A DNA stretch of 56,008 bases, counting the filler, from Jimgerdemannia flammicorona (lineage: Eukaryota): NCBI GenBank assembly GCA_003990765.1. It is 3 parts of 3 records of this genome, joined end to end, with 100 filler letters (N's around TTAATTAATTAA, not from the genome) between each part and the next. Parts side by side here need not be neighbours in the genome. Positions count along the whole stretch, not along the records: positions 1 to 18,604 come from RBNJ01002164.1; 2 more parts are not named here. One strand, 5' to 3'. A program made the translations under genes and the position numbers. Below, piece by piece: positions 1 to 12,850 of this stretch. Position 1 is the first letter of the stretch. Each line of letters begins with the position of its first letter. The notes under the pieces are model-generated. The model had not been told where the DNA came from. It ran no database searches and worked only from the letters and a program-made list of their open reading frames with translations.

Positions 1-2213
1 TTTTTTTTTTTTTTTTTTTTTTTTTTTATAGTCACTTGGACTCCTTTTCTTAATTAATACCCATCTATCCTATATAATGATAGTGGTCCCACCCCCTATC
101 CAATCCCCCTAGGGGGGCTCTCCCTCTCTACCTCTTCTCTATAAAAGACCACTCTGTCAAATACTATCTCCACCCTCCCACCACTCTGCTCATAGATCCA
201 TACCACCAAACTGTGATGTCATCTCCCCTGAGGACCCCAACCCACCCACCATCCAGTCAGCAGATCTCCCAACAGCTCCTCCCACCTTAATACCTTCTCT
301 CACAGCCCCAACTACTGTCTCTCCTCAAATACAAAAAGCCAATGTCCTGCCAGTCCCACCCATACTGCTAACACCCACCCTACAGTGAGCCAACTATCAC
401 CCACCCCACCCATAAGCCAAGATCTTAAGTCCTCCCAGCGACCCCCCACCCCCACCAGCTAATGTCCCACACCCAGTCTATCCCCTATTTCAGCCCAAAA
501 TCCTCCCAGAACCTCACACTCTCCCAGCCAATGCTCTGGCATCTATACATGACCCCCAGCTTGCCCAACATTGTAACACTTCTTATAGTCGAATTGTCCA
601 CCATCTACCAAATGCCCTGTGCAGAAATTCAGCATGACATTTCTTCATAATATTCTCCACCATACCACCCAGAACTTGGAAGGAAGCCACCTCCATACCT
701 CTGCACTCCAAGACCAGATACCTGCCCAGTCCTACTCCTTGCCAATTCCTACTGCCTGCCAGCCACCTGGCCAAAGATCCTGGCCAAGCCCCTACTGACA
801 CTCTACTCCCTCCCCAATATCGAACACAGCCAGTAGAGTACCCCCCAGGAGCAGTCTATCTCAGTGCCACATATTAGGCCCCCACACTGCCTCCCCCTCA
901 TTATCCTGCCAGCGCAGGCCAATTCGGTGTGCTCTATCAGCCACTCCCCACCAAAAGCCCTTGAACCACAGCTTCCGAATTCCATTCAGCCCCACCAAGG
1001 AGAGCAGATCACTAGAGGACCCTTGAGGGGATGTTCGCATCTCCCAAACCTTCTGCAGCAGAGGCACCCAATCTCTGCCCTGCAATTCCACAGCTCTCTT
1101 CAACCACCAGGCTTGCAAGCAGTGCAGCCTCTTAGGGAAATCCACCAGGCTAAGACCTCCCCTGACTACCGGTTTCGCAAGAGTATCCCAACTGACCTGG
1201 GACCTCCTCCCTGCCCAAATCCAATCCCTAGCCACCTTCATCAGCTTCTTCACCACTCACGCTGGAAAGTCGAGGTAATATGCTACATACCACAGCTTTG
1301 GGAATCAATATATATTCAGGATGGACACCTGTCCTGCTAGAGAGATATGGCAGCCTCCCCAACTTCGAAGGGTCTCCCCCCAACTATTCACCCTGTTCTC
1401 CCACCACACTCGTGGCAAGACAGAACTATATATAGAGAGGAAAATGCCCAGATACCACACCACCTCACTAGTAGGGACAATTGTTCCAATGACATCCCCA
1501 CCCACTAGCCTATTCCCTAGCACCATCATCTCACACTTATGCCAGTTGAGCTTTGCCCCTGAGTGAGCCTCATACCATTTCACAGTCTCCTGAAGTACCT
1601 TGACATCTGCTACAGACCCAAGTCCAACCACCATATCATCAGTGAAGGCCCCCACCTTCCACACTATACTATATATAGAGAGCCCTGCTACCTTCTGGCA
1701 AATTCAATCCATCAACAGCTCTAGTGAAAGGGCATAGAGAATAGAAGACAGAGGGTCCCCCTGAGGAACTCCCCTTTCCAAAGAAAATGCCCTCCCACAG
1801 TGACCATTACACATCAGAGCTGCCTGACTACTTTCCAGCAGACTCAACATAGAGGCCCTAAATCTTGAGGGAATACCAATTCGGTCCAATACCTTGCCCA
1901 GCCACACCTACCATATATGGTCATAGGCCTTCTCCTGGTCCAAAAAGACCAACCTTCCATCCAGTCCACAGGCCCGGGCCTCTTCAATGATACCATGAAC
2001 CCATGCAGTCCTATCTCTTATTAGCCTACCCCCAACAAAGCCCCACTGCTCCTCCCCTAGCACCTGTTGGGCAACTTTCTGCAGTCTCACAACAATCACC
2101 TTAGTCACCATCTTCCTGTCCATATCCAGAAGCATGATCAGCCTCCAGTTCTTCTAATCTTCCCTCCTTCCCTTGTCTTTGTACAATAAGGCCACCAGCC
2201 CCAGATCCTGCTC
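1..2213 (-). mobile_element. 5'-truncated L1/Tx1-type LINE (RT and C-terminal part of ORF2, 3' UTR, poly(A) tail), decayed
   Basis: Poly(T) at 1-27. Minus-strand ORFs carry LDQEKAYD, GVPQGDPLS, AFTDD and GGLSLVD motifs. Collinear with the full-length copy at 31446-37307. Confidence 0.93.
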
Positions 2214-3054
2214 TCTATGATCTTGTTGTACCACTGCTCATCTGTGAGCTTGGGTGTCTTGTTCTTGTTTTTGTTCACTGAGTATATAAAGATCTCTGTA
2301 TTCTCTTCATCTCCTTTCTCTATGTCTGGTAGAACTCCTTTGTGGACATTGATAGAGACTCATACCTTTCTTCCTCTATAGTTGATCTGCATCTTCTGGG
2401 CATTGAGGTCAATGATGGCCTTGGCCTTGTGAAGTCATTGATTGCCAATGAGGATGTCATAGTTGGTGGTGTTTGTAACAATCACATCTACTGGGATAGT
2501 AGCTCCTCTTATCTTGATGGAGACTTCTCAGATTTTACCAAGAGGGGTAGCTCATGTACTATCTGCTGTGACATAGACTATCTTGGTAGACTCTTCAATA
2601 TCCCAATCTAGGTAGTCAATTGCCTTCTTGCTCATAAGGTATTCTCCAGCACTGGTATCAATGATGGCATCAAAGATATAGTCTTCAATCTGACATAGGA
2701 TATAGGCTGATGTCTTGTGCTAGTCTTTAGATTCTTCACCTGAGTTTTTGGATTCTTCCTGTACATTATGAGCTTCTACAATCTTGTACTCTTGATTCTT
2801 GGCAGTAATTGTAAGTCCTACTCTCAACTGCTGTCTGAAGGCAGGGACTTCAGCTAGTTGTCCAAAAGTGGCATTGACCTTCTGTTTCTTGAGGTCCTTA
2901 TAGATATCATACTGGTGGATCTTGGTCTTGTGCAGCTTCTGTTTCTTCTTGCTTTTACTTTCTCCTGAGACTGGAGTAGTACCTTCAATAATTTGGCAGG
3001 CAGCTTCATCTAACTCCATGTCTTGATCAATCTCCTCTGGTTGAGTCTTGCTTT

Positions 3055-4230
3055 TGTTTTACGGACTCTATATCCTGCAGATTTTTATTAGAAGGGAACC
3101 TAGACTATATAGGCCAAAACCCTCTCCCACCACCCATCAAGCACTGCCCCCCCATTAATCTAGGCTAGCTATTGTCCAGCAGCTCAACCATATCAGGTGC
3201 AGCAGGGCAAAGTAGCCCATACCTCATTTTGTACACCATGCTCTCCCTACCACCAGGGGAAACCCAGCCATATGCCAATGACTGAAAGCACATACCCGAG
3301 AACCCAATGTATGTACAAGGCTATGCCTGAGCTGAATAGAATAGCCCCTGCCACCCCAAAGAGAATGACAGGCAAAGAAAAAACCCTCATCAAAGCACAA
3401 TATGGTGGGTAGGGCCTGGTTCTCCCAGTTGAGGTGAGTAGAGGACTTACACATAAGGCGGGAGGAGACCCCCCAATACCCCACTACTCAAGCCTATAGA
3501 CCTTGATCATATTGTCATGTCAGCTCCCAGTTCTAGTTGAGTGCAGCCAAGATGTCTGAAATGGGTAGCCTTGGGCCCCCCGACCCCCCCTGATGACCGG
3601 GGCCCAACCCCACGAATCGCCAAAAGAAGCTGAGAGTGATACCTACTACCTAACCACACCACACCAATCAAAAGGCCCCACCGAAGCAGCACCCGCCCCA
3701 GCCCTGACGACTGCCCCCAGCCTGGCACCCTACTGGTTCACTATAATTGTCCTTCCTCCTATCTGTGATGGCCATCTCCCCCTCCATCCTGATATCACCT
3801 GAAAAACAGTCACCTATGCCAGAACCATGCTTGCTGGGAAGCTCGCCAAAGCCAGAGGGCCCCACTACAGGCACCGAGGACCTGCAGGTAACCTATACTG
3901 AGCACTTGATGTCCAAGGTCAGCTGACTCCCTACATAGCCCAAGACATACTGAGACAACTCCTTGTTGGTGATGGCAAAAGGAAAAAGGCGCTGCACCAA
4001 AACAGGTACACCTCAGATGTAGCTGAAGGCACCAGAATCTATAAAAAGTAGAGGAAGCACCGATCTGACACTGATAAAGGGGCAACTCAACACCATTGCC
4101 CTCCTCCCACCATACCCCTACAGGCATAGCAAACCAACCCGAGGTAGAGGGGGTAATATTAGGGGAAAGGGAACTCAGAAGGTTGCCTACCAAACCTTGT
4201 GACCAGTAAGATAGTGGAGAAAGGTGTATG
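3055..4230 (-). mobile_element. Element X copy 1: non-autonomous poly(A) retroposon (~1.15 kb)
   Basis: Homologous to four other copies in the window. Flanked by a 16-bp TSD GGTTGAGTCTTGCTTT (3039-3054 and 4231-4246). Confidence 0.9.
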
Positions 4231-5371
4231 GGTTGAGTCTTGCTTTGAATAGTGACAGCTGGAGTCTTCTTTAGTCTTCTAACTGGCTTGCTGTTGCTCT
4301 TCTTGTCATAGGGCTTGGACCAGGTTCTGGTATCTTTAGTAGTGGAGTAGAATTTGAGCTTCTCATAGTATTCTTCATCATCAGTGTCACCAATCTCCTT
4401 GATGGCTACTATATTGGTTTGTTCTCTGGTTCTGCTAGCATTGCTTAGTTGAGTCTTGTGTCTTGTTTCAGTCATGCAATTCTTTGCATAGTGGCCTTCT
4501 TCTCTATATCTGAAGTATGTAATATTGTATTCTTCTATAGCAGCTGCAAATCTCTGCACTGGTCTCCTGTTGGCACTTCAGACTTCTCTAACAACATCAC
4601 CAAGGTGTGTAGTTACCGCTTAGTGAGTTCTTCCACTAGGTCAGCTTTGGCTGCTTTGAGGATAGGTGGGGTTGATTGTCAGTTTATAACTATAGTGGAT
4701 ATAATACTAGTTGGCTTTGATGGCTCCATCTTGATGCCAGTTATTTTCTCTATTGAGTGTTCAGCAGAGTGTCTGGTAGTTCAATATCTCTATACAAAGA
4801 CCACTTTCTGATCAAGGGTCAGTGCAGCTGGGGTAGACTAGATTGCTAGGGCAATTTCAGAGTGAACTCCTTTGAGGAAGATTGAATCTGCTATTTGTTC
4901 CTTGAGGCAGTTATCATAGCCAGCCAAGACAATCTGATGGCAGATTCAGATATAGAATAAGTTGGGATCTTCACTAAGTCTCTGGCAGATAGTATTGAGT
5001 TGATCCTTGAGAGCTTGCTTGATCTCTTCAGTATAGTATGTTGTTCTGAGAAAGGCCTTCATGTTGGCAAGTTTGGCTGCACCATTATTAGCAATAGTGG
5101 CTGCATTGAACTTATCTCTGGCAGGTCCTCTGAGGCTAACTGGTAAAAGGGCCAATTGTGCATCCACACCAAGGGCTCGTACAGCAGTGAATTGTTCAAA
5201 GTCTTCAATAAAGGTCAGGATTGACTCTTCAGTAGTATATCCATAGAATGTGGGGGGATATATTTTTATCTTGTCTTGATTTCTTGCAGGGGTGACTCTT
5301 GTAGTTAGAGTAGTTGTTGTGGGAGTTGTTCATTTTTCAGCTTGAAAGTAAGGGATTTATCTTGAATCACT

Positions 5372-5386
5372 AGCCAATGGGCACCA
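5372..5386 (-). promoter_or_regulatory. Primer binding site of Gypsy family Z (TGGTGCCCATTGGCT)
   Basis: TGG-starting motif 3 nt after the LTR's CA end. Nearly identical motif at ~38301-38315. Primer tRNA not identified. Confidence 0.75.
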
Positions 5387-5389
5387 AGT

Positions 5390-6920
5390 TGTCACATAGT
5401 AATTGCTGAGTCCTTCAAATATGCCAGATTCTCTTCAAGGTGTATCTCTTAGACTAACTCAAGTTTGTTATAAGTAAGTTCTTATTGAAGTGCCTTCCTA
5501 AGGTCTTATAGTCCTCAAACTTCTTATCTTTAACTATCTTATTATCTCTTAGATTACTTGCAAGGAAGTGTGTATATTGCACTGAGAAGACTGACTTTAT
5601 TTCAGAGGAAATAAGAGAGATATTTATATAAAATATAATTCAATGGTTGCTAAGATATAAAGCTAAATATAAATTCTAATAACTAAAATAAAATACCAGG
5701 ATAAGAAAAACTGGGTTGGTACTGATGATTGTATAGGTTCAGGATGCTGGTATAATTTGATGTCATATCAGAATGCCAGTGCTGGCATTATTCAGTATTA
5801 CCAAGAGACTTAGAGCAGAATATTCAGAACTATGAGAACTTCATCATCAGAGGTCAGAATGTCTTTAAAGGAGATGAGGTCTGTGAATTCATCATAAGAT
5901 CATGCATTTCACATACTTTGTGTGCTTTGTTACATATCTCACATACTTCATATACTTTGTCATGTGTCTTGTATATGTTGTGCAGAATGATGTCATCACC
6001 GATGATGTCATCATATTTGGTAGTGGGAAGGAGGTCTAGAGCTCTCCAGTTTATAAGGTTCTCTACTACAAAATAGGGAACAAATGTGGGATCTTGGAAA
6101 GGTCTAACCTGGATGCTTGGGCCTTGGAATACTGAGATCAATCCTTGCAGGAATTGGTCTGAGTTGTTCTGAAAGATGGAGTACCAGAAGTCTTCTACTT
6201 CATCACTATTGAGAGTGATAGTAGACTGGGCTTCTATAGCCACCCTGGCTTCTAGTGTATTGATATGGCAGGATGACAGGTCTCTGAAGTCTGAGACTCT
6301 AATATACTTCAAGTTAGGGATTGATCATGGTGCATGCCTGAAGATCTGATGGATCTTCTTAGCTATCCTTACCTTACATATATCCATGGGAGTAGCATCT
6401 TATAGTTCTTGAGGGCTGGCCTGTGGGAACTCCTGGTAGAGAAGGGTTTCTATTTTGTATTCCTATCACATTTGGAGATATTCAGTAGTAATGGTAATTC
6501 TTGTTTCCATTTTGCAATGGTAGAGGATATAGTGATAAGGATCACCAGTATCCAGGTTGACACTAGGAGTCCTTCTTGAGTGAGTCCTCATAGCTTTTCT
6601 GATGTCTTGAAATATCCTCTCTTTGACTAAAATACCTTAGTAGTTCCTTGATCTTGAGGTTTGGTGAGCAGCAGACATTTCATTTGTGGTAAGTCTTTAA
6701 GCTATTTTAGGATTGGTAGGTCTTATTGGTTGCTACTACTGCAGTTCCTTGATCCTTCTTTTATATTCCTCAGAATGCTTATACTATAGTCACAATAACT
6801 CATAGTTGGTCATCATTGCTTATCTCATATGCTGTATGATCTTCTTGTACTCTGATCTGGTGGCTTACAAGGAAAGACTATCTCCTGTACTAATGTTATC
6901 ATTCTGGGGTCACCATTACA
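5390..6920 (-). repeat. 5' LTR of Gypsy family Z (1531 bp) containing a U3 ORF
   Basis: Minus strand runs TGTAA...TGACA and is followed by a PBS and gag. TATA-like TATAAATA at ~5621-5628 and AATAAA at ~5596-5601. Second copy at 38319-39851. Confidence 0.88.
5854..6678 (-). pseudogene. LTR(U3)-encoded hypothetical protein, family Z (~275 codons, premature stops)
   Basis: ATG at 6678 is in frame with track ORF 5854-6312. TATAAAAG lies ~80 nt upstream. Internal stops are TAA/TGA/TAG, explicable by single C>T changes. Homologous reading in copy 2 (~38832-39610). Confidence 0.72.
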
Positions 6921-7119
6921 ATATATATTATTAAATTACTTATATTATGACTAGTATATAATAAGCAGTACCAGCAAGCTCAATATATATATAGTAAGTA
7001 TATATTGATAAGTAGTGCATGTCTGACTAAGCTTTTATTAATATATCATCAATGAGAATTAATTACTTACATTATAGCTAGTATATATAGTAAGCTCAAT
7101 ATATATATAGTAAGTATAT

Positions 7120-10100
7120 ATAGTTAATATTTACATTATATAAACTTTGAAACATACTGTTAAATTATTTATTGAAAAAAGTTACTAAAGATATAATAAT
7201 AAATAAGTGAGTTGAAATATATACTAAGTTAGAGAGATCTAGAGCCTTTAACTAGAAATATGTCAGAAGAGGGTATAGACTAAAGATGGGGACTTTGAGA
7301 GGTTCTGGAGGTCAGGATAAGCCAAGCAGTAGTAGCTAGTCTAGTATAAAAGCAGGAGAGCAGAGGGGGCTGAGTTTGGCAGACAAGGTGAAGCTGGGAG
7401 GATGACCTATTGAAGCTGGTGAGAGATGAGAGAGCAGTAAGAGAAAGTTGAAGGAAGTGAGGGCTGGAGGGTCAGTATCTCAAATGACAGATAGAAGGAC
7501 TGGTAGAGCAGTAGCTAGGGGAAGTAGTGGAACTGCTAATCAGAGAGTAACTGGGAATCTGAAAAAAAATCCAGATGTGACTGTTGATGGTGGGACTGGA
7601 TCACAGAGGCTGAGGAGGACTGGAGATCTGGCTGATGGTGTAATGGAGCTAATAGTAGCTCTATTGCTCAAGAAATTGATTTTAGAGTTTGTAATCATAT
7701 TATACTTCAGAGGATTGACAGTTATGGCAAAGATAATTTTGGGTCTGATTTTGAAACAAATGGCTAGAGCTACTTCAGTGAAGTTCCTGAAAGGATTGGA
7801 GAGAGTTAAGATGGGCTTTGAGGATACTAGACTCCTGAAGGAGGTAATAAAGATAGGGTTGACTGTAGGAGAGATAGTGATTTTTATAGTATACTATTTG
7901 AGATAGAACTCAAAGGTGGTTTAGCTCCTGGTGAAAGAAGTACCCATAGTGATGGCAGTTGAGATAAGGAGAAGAGTTGAGGAGATTATGACTGAGTATG
8001 ATGAGGTAGTGGATATTGGGTTTTAGGTCTGGAAGGGGACTTCTTTTAGGATAGAGAATGTGGATATTTATCTCAGACTGACAGAGAAGAAGACTACTGG
8101 AAACCTATGAGATTGACCATTAGTGATGATGTGGGGAGTCTTTATCTGCAAGATAACAAGAGTAAAGGAGAGTATAAAAGAGAAAGAGGATCTGGTGGAG
8201 GCACTGAAGAAGCTCAGCAGAATGGTAGAGCAGTGGGTCAAGATATTACAGTACTATATAGAATTGACATGCTTGGAGATAGTGGATGGAAAGCATGTTT
8301 GGGTGGACAAGAGTATGTGGGAGAGGACTCAGAGGTATAAGAGACAGAAGGAGCTGTTGATAAGTCTGAAGGAGAAGAAGAAGGAGAAGACAAGCTTAGA
8401 AGAGAAGACTGGGGGAGCTAAGAAAAGCATCTGAGTAGGGGTAGAGGTTGAGAGGGTACCAAAGTATATGAGTAGAAGCTAGGAGAAGAGAGATTAGACT
8501 CTCTATGATGATAGCATACTAGAGGTATAGGAGGAGATAAGAATATAAGAAGAAAGGATCAGGGCATCCATCTAATGGCTGATAAGAATATGGAGATAGT
8601 GGGGACTCACTATGTTAGATTTAGAGTATCTGAGATAGTAAGTGGGGGGTAGGTGGTTGATGTTGGAGAGGAGGAGCTGGTGGATGTCTCTGAGGAGGAA
8701 TGGAATATGTCTGCAAGTGCTGGGACAGATACTGTGATGCTTGAGGCTGGCCAACTGGTAACTCCTGAGGGCAAGAAGATTGAAGACTTGTAGTGGATAT
8801 ACTATGCAATGAACAACTTGGTGGCAGAGAAATTGGACAATATGGACCTATGAATTATCAGTGAGAAGTACTGGATAGAAATTATATAGAGAGAGAGGAT
8901 TGTGGAGGCCCTGGCAAAGAAAGTGCTAGCAGTATATCTAGATAAGGAGGGCTATAAGGTGGATATTGTAAGGAAAGCAGAGATTATAGTAGCAGCTAGA
9001 GAGTGTATAGGCTTTTGATGAGAATAGAGATATAGATTGGAAATTTGGTAAGGAGTTTGCTTAGAGTACCAGGAGAAGTTAGAGTTGAAGAATGATACAG
9101 CATTGGATGAGCTATTGGTTGGACTAAAAACCAAGCAGGTTGAGGAGGCTGAGGCTACTGCTGAGTATAGATTGAATCTGGCTGAAGAGAGAGTAGATAT
9201 AGAGTTGTAAAGAGGATGTATCTATATCAATATTATTCTCTATGAACAGTACAACTAATATTTTCCCATTGAATGTAAATGGCCTAAGGGGTTCTGGAAG
9301 ATATCATAACATTTTTACTTAGTTGAAGAGATTAGAGGCTGATCTCTTTCTGCTGTAGGTTGTACAATATGAAGAGGACTTTGAGCAATAGGAGTGGATG
9401 AGAGAATGGGGTGAGAATGTAGTCTGAAATAGCAAGGTTGAAATTCTGGTGCAGAGAGAGTGAGAAGAAATATATAACAGCAGAATCTGGGGAGATTATA
9501 AGAATAGTGTCAACTAGGGTAAGAGTTAATTATGGTTGGAACTTGCTACTACTTAGCAGTTAAGAGAGAGTATGTAGAGTGGATTAATAGTCTTTTGGAT
9601 AGTAAAGTGATTGTAGAGACAGAAGTAGAGGTGCTGGGGAGGGACTTTAATATAATTTGCTTGGTACAGTTGAACAGAACTGATAGAAGGAGAAATATAT
9701 AGAGTAAGAGTGATAGCCTGGAGAGTTGAAAGGAGGTGGAGTGGCTTAGTTCTCTAGTGGATACCAGTTAAGCAATGTGGAGAGATAAGAGGGTCTATAC
9801 TCACTGAGTAGGGAGCCTGGGAACTAAAATTGACTAGATGCTGATAGCTGATTACTGGGGTCTGGATGTCTAGAAGTCTCTGGAGGTTGAGTGGTATCTA
9901 TGGTCAGACTATTGAGACTTGTTAGGGTATGATCAGTTTGGGGGAAGTGGGGATGAGCCTGGACATTGGTATCTCAATTTCTCTTTATTAGCTGAGAAGA
10001 GATTGTAGGATACTTGGACTATGGACATTAGGCAGAAAGTGGAGGATTGAGTCCAGGAGAGGGCCCCAGTGAGTATTTATTGAGTAAGGTTAAAGGAGGC

Positions 10101-12850
10101 TACTAAGGTTTATTGGAGTAAGACTAGAAGAGTAGCTAGAAGACAAAGGAGGAGAAGGGTGACCTGGGCCTCTATTAAATTGGCCTGACTACAGGAGAAT
10201 TGGACAGATCTTTTGGACTTGGATGGGGTTGAGGACTGGAGGTTGAGACAAGCAAAGCTAGAGGTTGCTGAGTTGCAGATATAGGTGTGAGGAATAGCTG
10301 TATAACTATGATAGTAGGGACTGAAGAAAGGGAAGAGGCCCTCTAAGTATCTCTTAAGAATTCTTCAGACAAGGTAAGTGAGGCAGAGGTAGGAAGGGGT
10401 GCTGGATTCTGATGGACTACTGGTGCATGGCTCACAAGATATTTTGGGCTCACTGAAGAAAAGATAGAGTAGTTTGTGGAGTGAGGAGAGTGGGACTGAT
10501 GCTACTACTATTGAATATGCTTTGGAGGACTGGCACTCACTATAAGTAGATGAGATGAGCAGATTGGTATTGCTGATTCAAGAGGAAGAGATTTATTAAG
10601 TTCTTACTGTAACTATACTAGATACTGTGTCAGAAGAGAATGGACTACTCTAGGACTTTTAGAAGAAGATAGTGGAAATCTCTGGAGTGCTGGAAGAGAT
10701 GATGATACTGTGTGACTTAGTATTATAGTCAGAGAAGTGGGTGGGGAAATAGGATCTGAGACTGGTGGTACTGTTGTTTAAGGATAAGGATAGGAAGAGA
10801 ACTGGAAGAACTGGTGACCTATTATGCTTCTAGATATAGATGGAAAATTGGTCACTAAGGTAGTTGTTGCAAGACTGTAGAAGGTAGTCCAGCAAGTCTT
10901 GGGGGAGAAGCAATGAGGCTTTATAGGAGACTAGCTCATTAGGGATAGTACAGCTTGGGTCTATGGTTTGAAGGAGCTCAAACATATAGACTGAATGAAA
11001 GATTGGTCTTTCTGGATTAGGAGAAGGTTTATAACCATATCAGATATATCTAATTGATAAAGGTACTAGATAGGATTGGAGTCCTTCAGCAGTTCTGGGT
11101 GTCTATAATCAGTCTACTAGAAGGGAGTAGAGCTGTACTTATGTGCAATGACCACTAGGGGGTAGTATTCTCTCTGGGTAGAGGTATTCTCCATATTTTA
11201 TATACTCTGTTCTTAGAGCTATTGATGGATAGGATTTAGAGAAAGATAATAAGACTGTCAGTATTTAGAATTGCCTGGAAGATTGGGGCCTTTGCAGATA
11301 ATATAGTAGTTGGTCTAGACTTTATTGCAAATGTTAGGGTATTTTAAGAAATAGTAGAGTGGTATAAGGTGTACTCTAGAGCTAAACTCAACTGATATAA
11401 GTATAAAACAATGGTGTTGGGCAATGGTCTGGTGGAAGGGGATGTCATTGGAACAATTGTTCTAGCTGGAGATACTGTATAGTACTTGTACATCTATCTT
11501 TTAGTCTATAGGTTAGTTCTATCTCAAACTTAGTGAGAGCAGAGAGTGGCTATTTGGAGAGAGGCTCTGTGGAGCTAGGGTGGCTACTACATCTCTTTAA
11601 CAGATCATGTTTCAATCTTGAATGTCTACTGGCTGTCAGAGCTGTGATATTTAGTATATTATTTAGACTTTTTGGCCTAGGTAGTGAAGAGGCTATTGAA
11701 GCTAGTCAAGAATTAGATCTGGGCTAGTAGATGGAGTCAAATTAGCTGGGAAATTCTATCATTACCAGTAGATATAGGAGGACTTAGGCTGGTTGACTTC
11801 TCAAAAAGACTATATTGTCTATGAGCTTGGTGGCTGAAGAGAGTAGTAGAACTGAGGGGTAATAGCTAGGTCTCTCTGATGAAAAAGGTCTGAAAGATGA
11901 GGTTCTTACCAAGAGGCTCTACAGGGAATCTTCTGTCTCTAGTTGGGCTTCAGAACAGTAGACATATGTGATTTAAGGGCTTCTGGTAGAGAGTAGTTAA
12001 TGGGGTACACCATATTGATCTTTACTAGTAGAAAGTAGAGAGAGAGATACTGTGGAGCCCAGTAATGTGGAGATAAGATCAAGTGCTGTTGGAGGGTACT
12101 TCACTAATTGACTTTAATATTGAAGATGGAGTTGAGTGCCAGAGAGGGTTAGGATAGAATATATGGCCTAGGGGCTAACAGATAGCAAGAATTAGAGAGA
12201 GGTGGAACTGGAATAGAGTCTGGGTCTGAAGTGCTGAGGTCTGACAATGACTGTTACTTAAGTTCTGAGTAGTTTGGTGATACTTGCTGAGGCAGAATAT
12301 TATGCTCAACTTTTATATAGGTTATTTTATAGAGAGTGGCCAATTTAATTGTAAGGAGTGTTATAATATTGTACAGGAAGGATAATATATACAGATACTG
12401 AAATATTGACTGGAGGAGTGTGAAGTACTCAGAGACTTTTGGTTAGCAGTTAGAGATAGGTTAGATGTTGTGAGGGGGGGGAAATGGGGAGAGGGACTGA
12501 TGAGAGGACTTGAGAGATAGATTAGTGGGGGGGGTTAGAACTGAGTGACTCACTATTGGTTAGGTTATAGCTATTTGAGTAGAGTTGACAAGACATTGGC
12601 TATATGTTTTTGAAGAAGAGAGATGAGTGGGTTTAGAGGAGTGGCTGGTGAGATAGAAAGGATTGATGGAGAAGATTTGTGAATAGAGTAGAGAGAGAGT
12701 AATAGTAGTTAATGGTAAGGTGACTTTTAAGTATAAGAGAGTGAGGGAGAGCCCCTCTAGGGGGATTGGGTAGTGAGATGGGGTACTGTAATTATATTAA
12801 TAGACTAGTAATAAATGGCAAAGTCCATAAGACTATATAAAAAAAAAAAA
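7120..12850 (+). mobile_element. Near full-length L1/Tx1-type LINE, heavily decayed
   Basis: ORF1 remnant (GNLKKNPDVTVDG...). ORF2 starts ATGAACAGTACAAC at 9242 with APE and RT motifs. AATAAA and poly(A) at ~12838-12850. 5' boundary approximate. Confidence 0.92.

Larger units (their letters stand above)
2214..5389 (-). mobile_element. Ty3/Gypsy family Z internal region: gag with zinc knuckle and aspartic protease; interrupted by element X and cut by the LINE at 2213
   Basis: Gag (PPTFYG...FIEDFEQF...SLRGPARDKF), decayed knuckle YFRYREEGHYAKNC, and protease AIIDTSA...DILIGN at ~2330-2720. Lies just downstream of an LTR and PBS. Confidence 0.88.

Noticed and set aside
3585..3625. CTGATGA...CGAA hammerhead-like core in element X
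   Set aside because: No GAAA follows the putative stem, and the motif is not conserved in copy 2 (CCTGGCAACT at ~29821).
3668..3874. Short ORFs recurring in full-length element X copies (e.g. GPSGFGELP...CCFGGAF)
   Set aside because: Under 70 aa with variable or non-ATG starts and no recognisable domain. Recurrence follows from DNA similarity alone.
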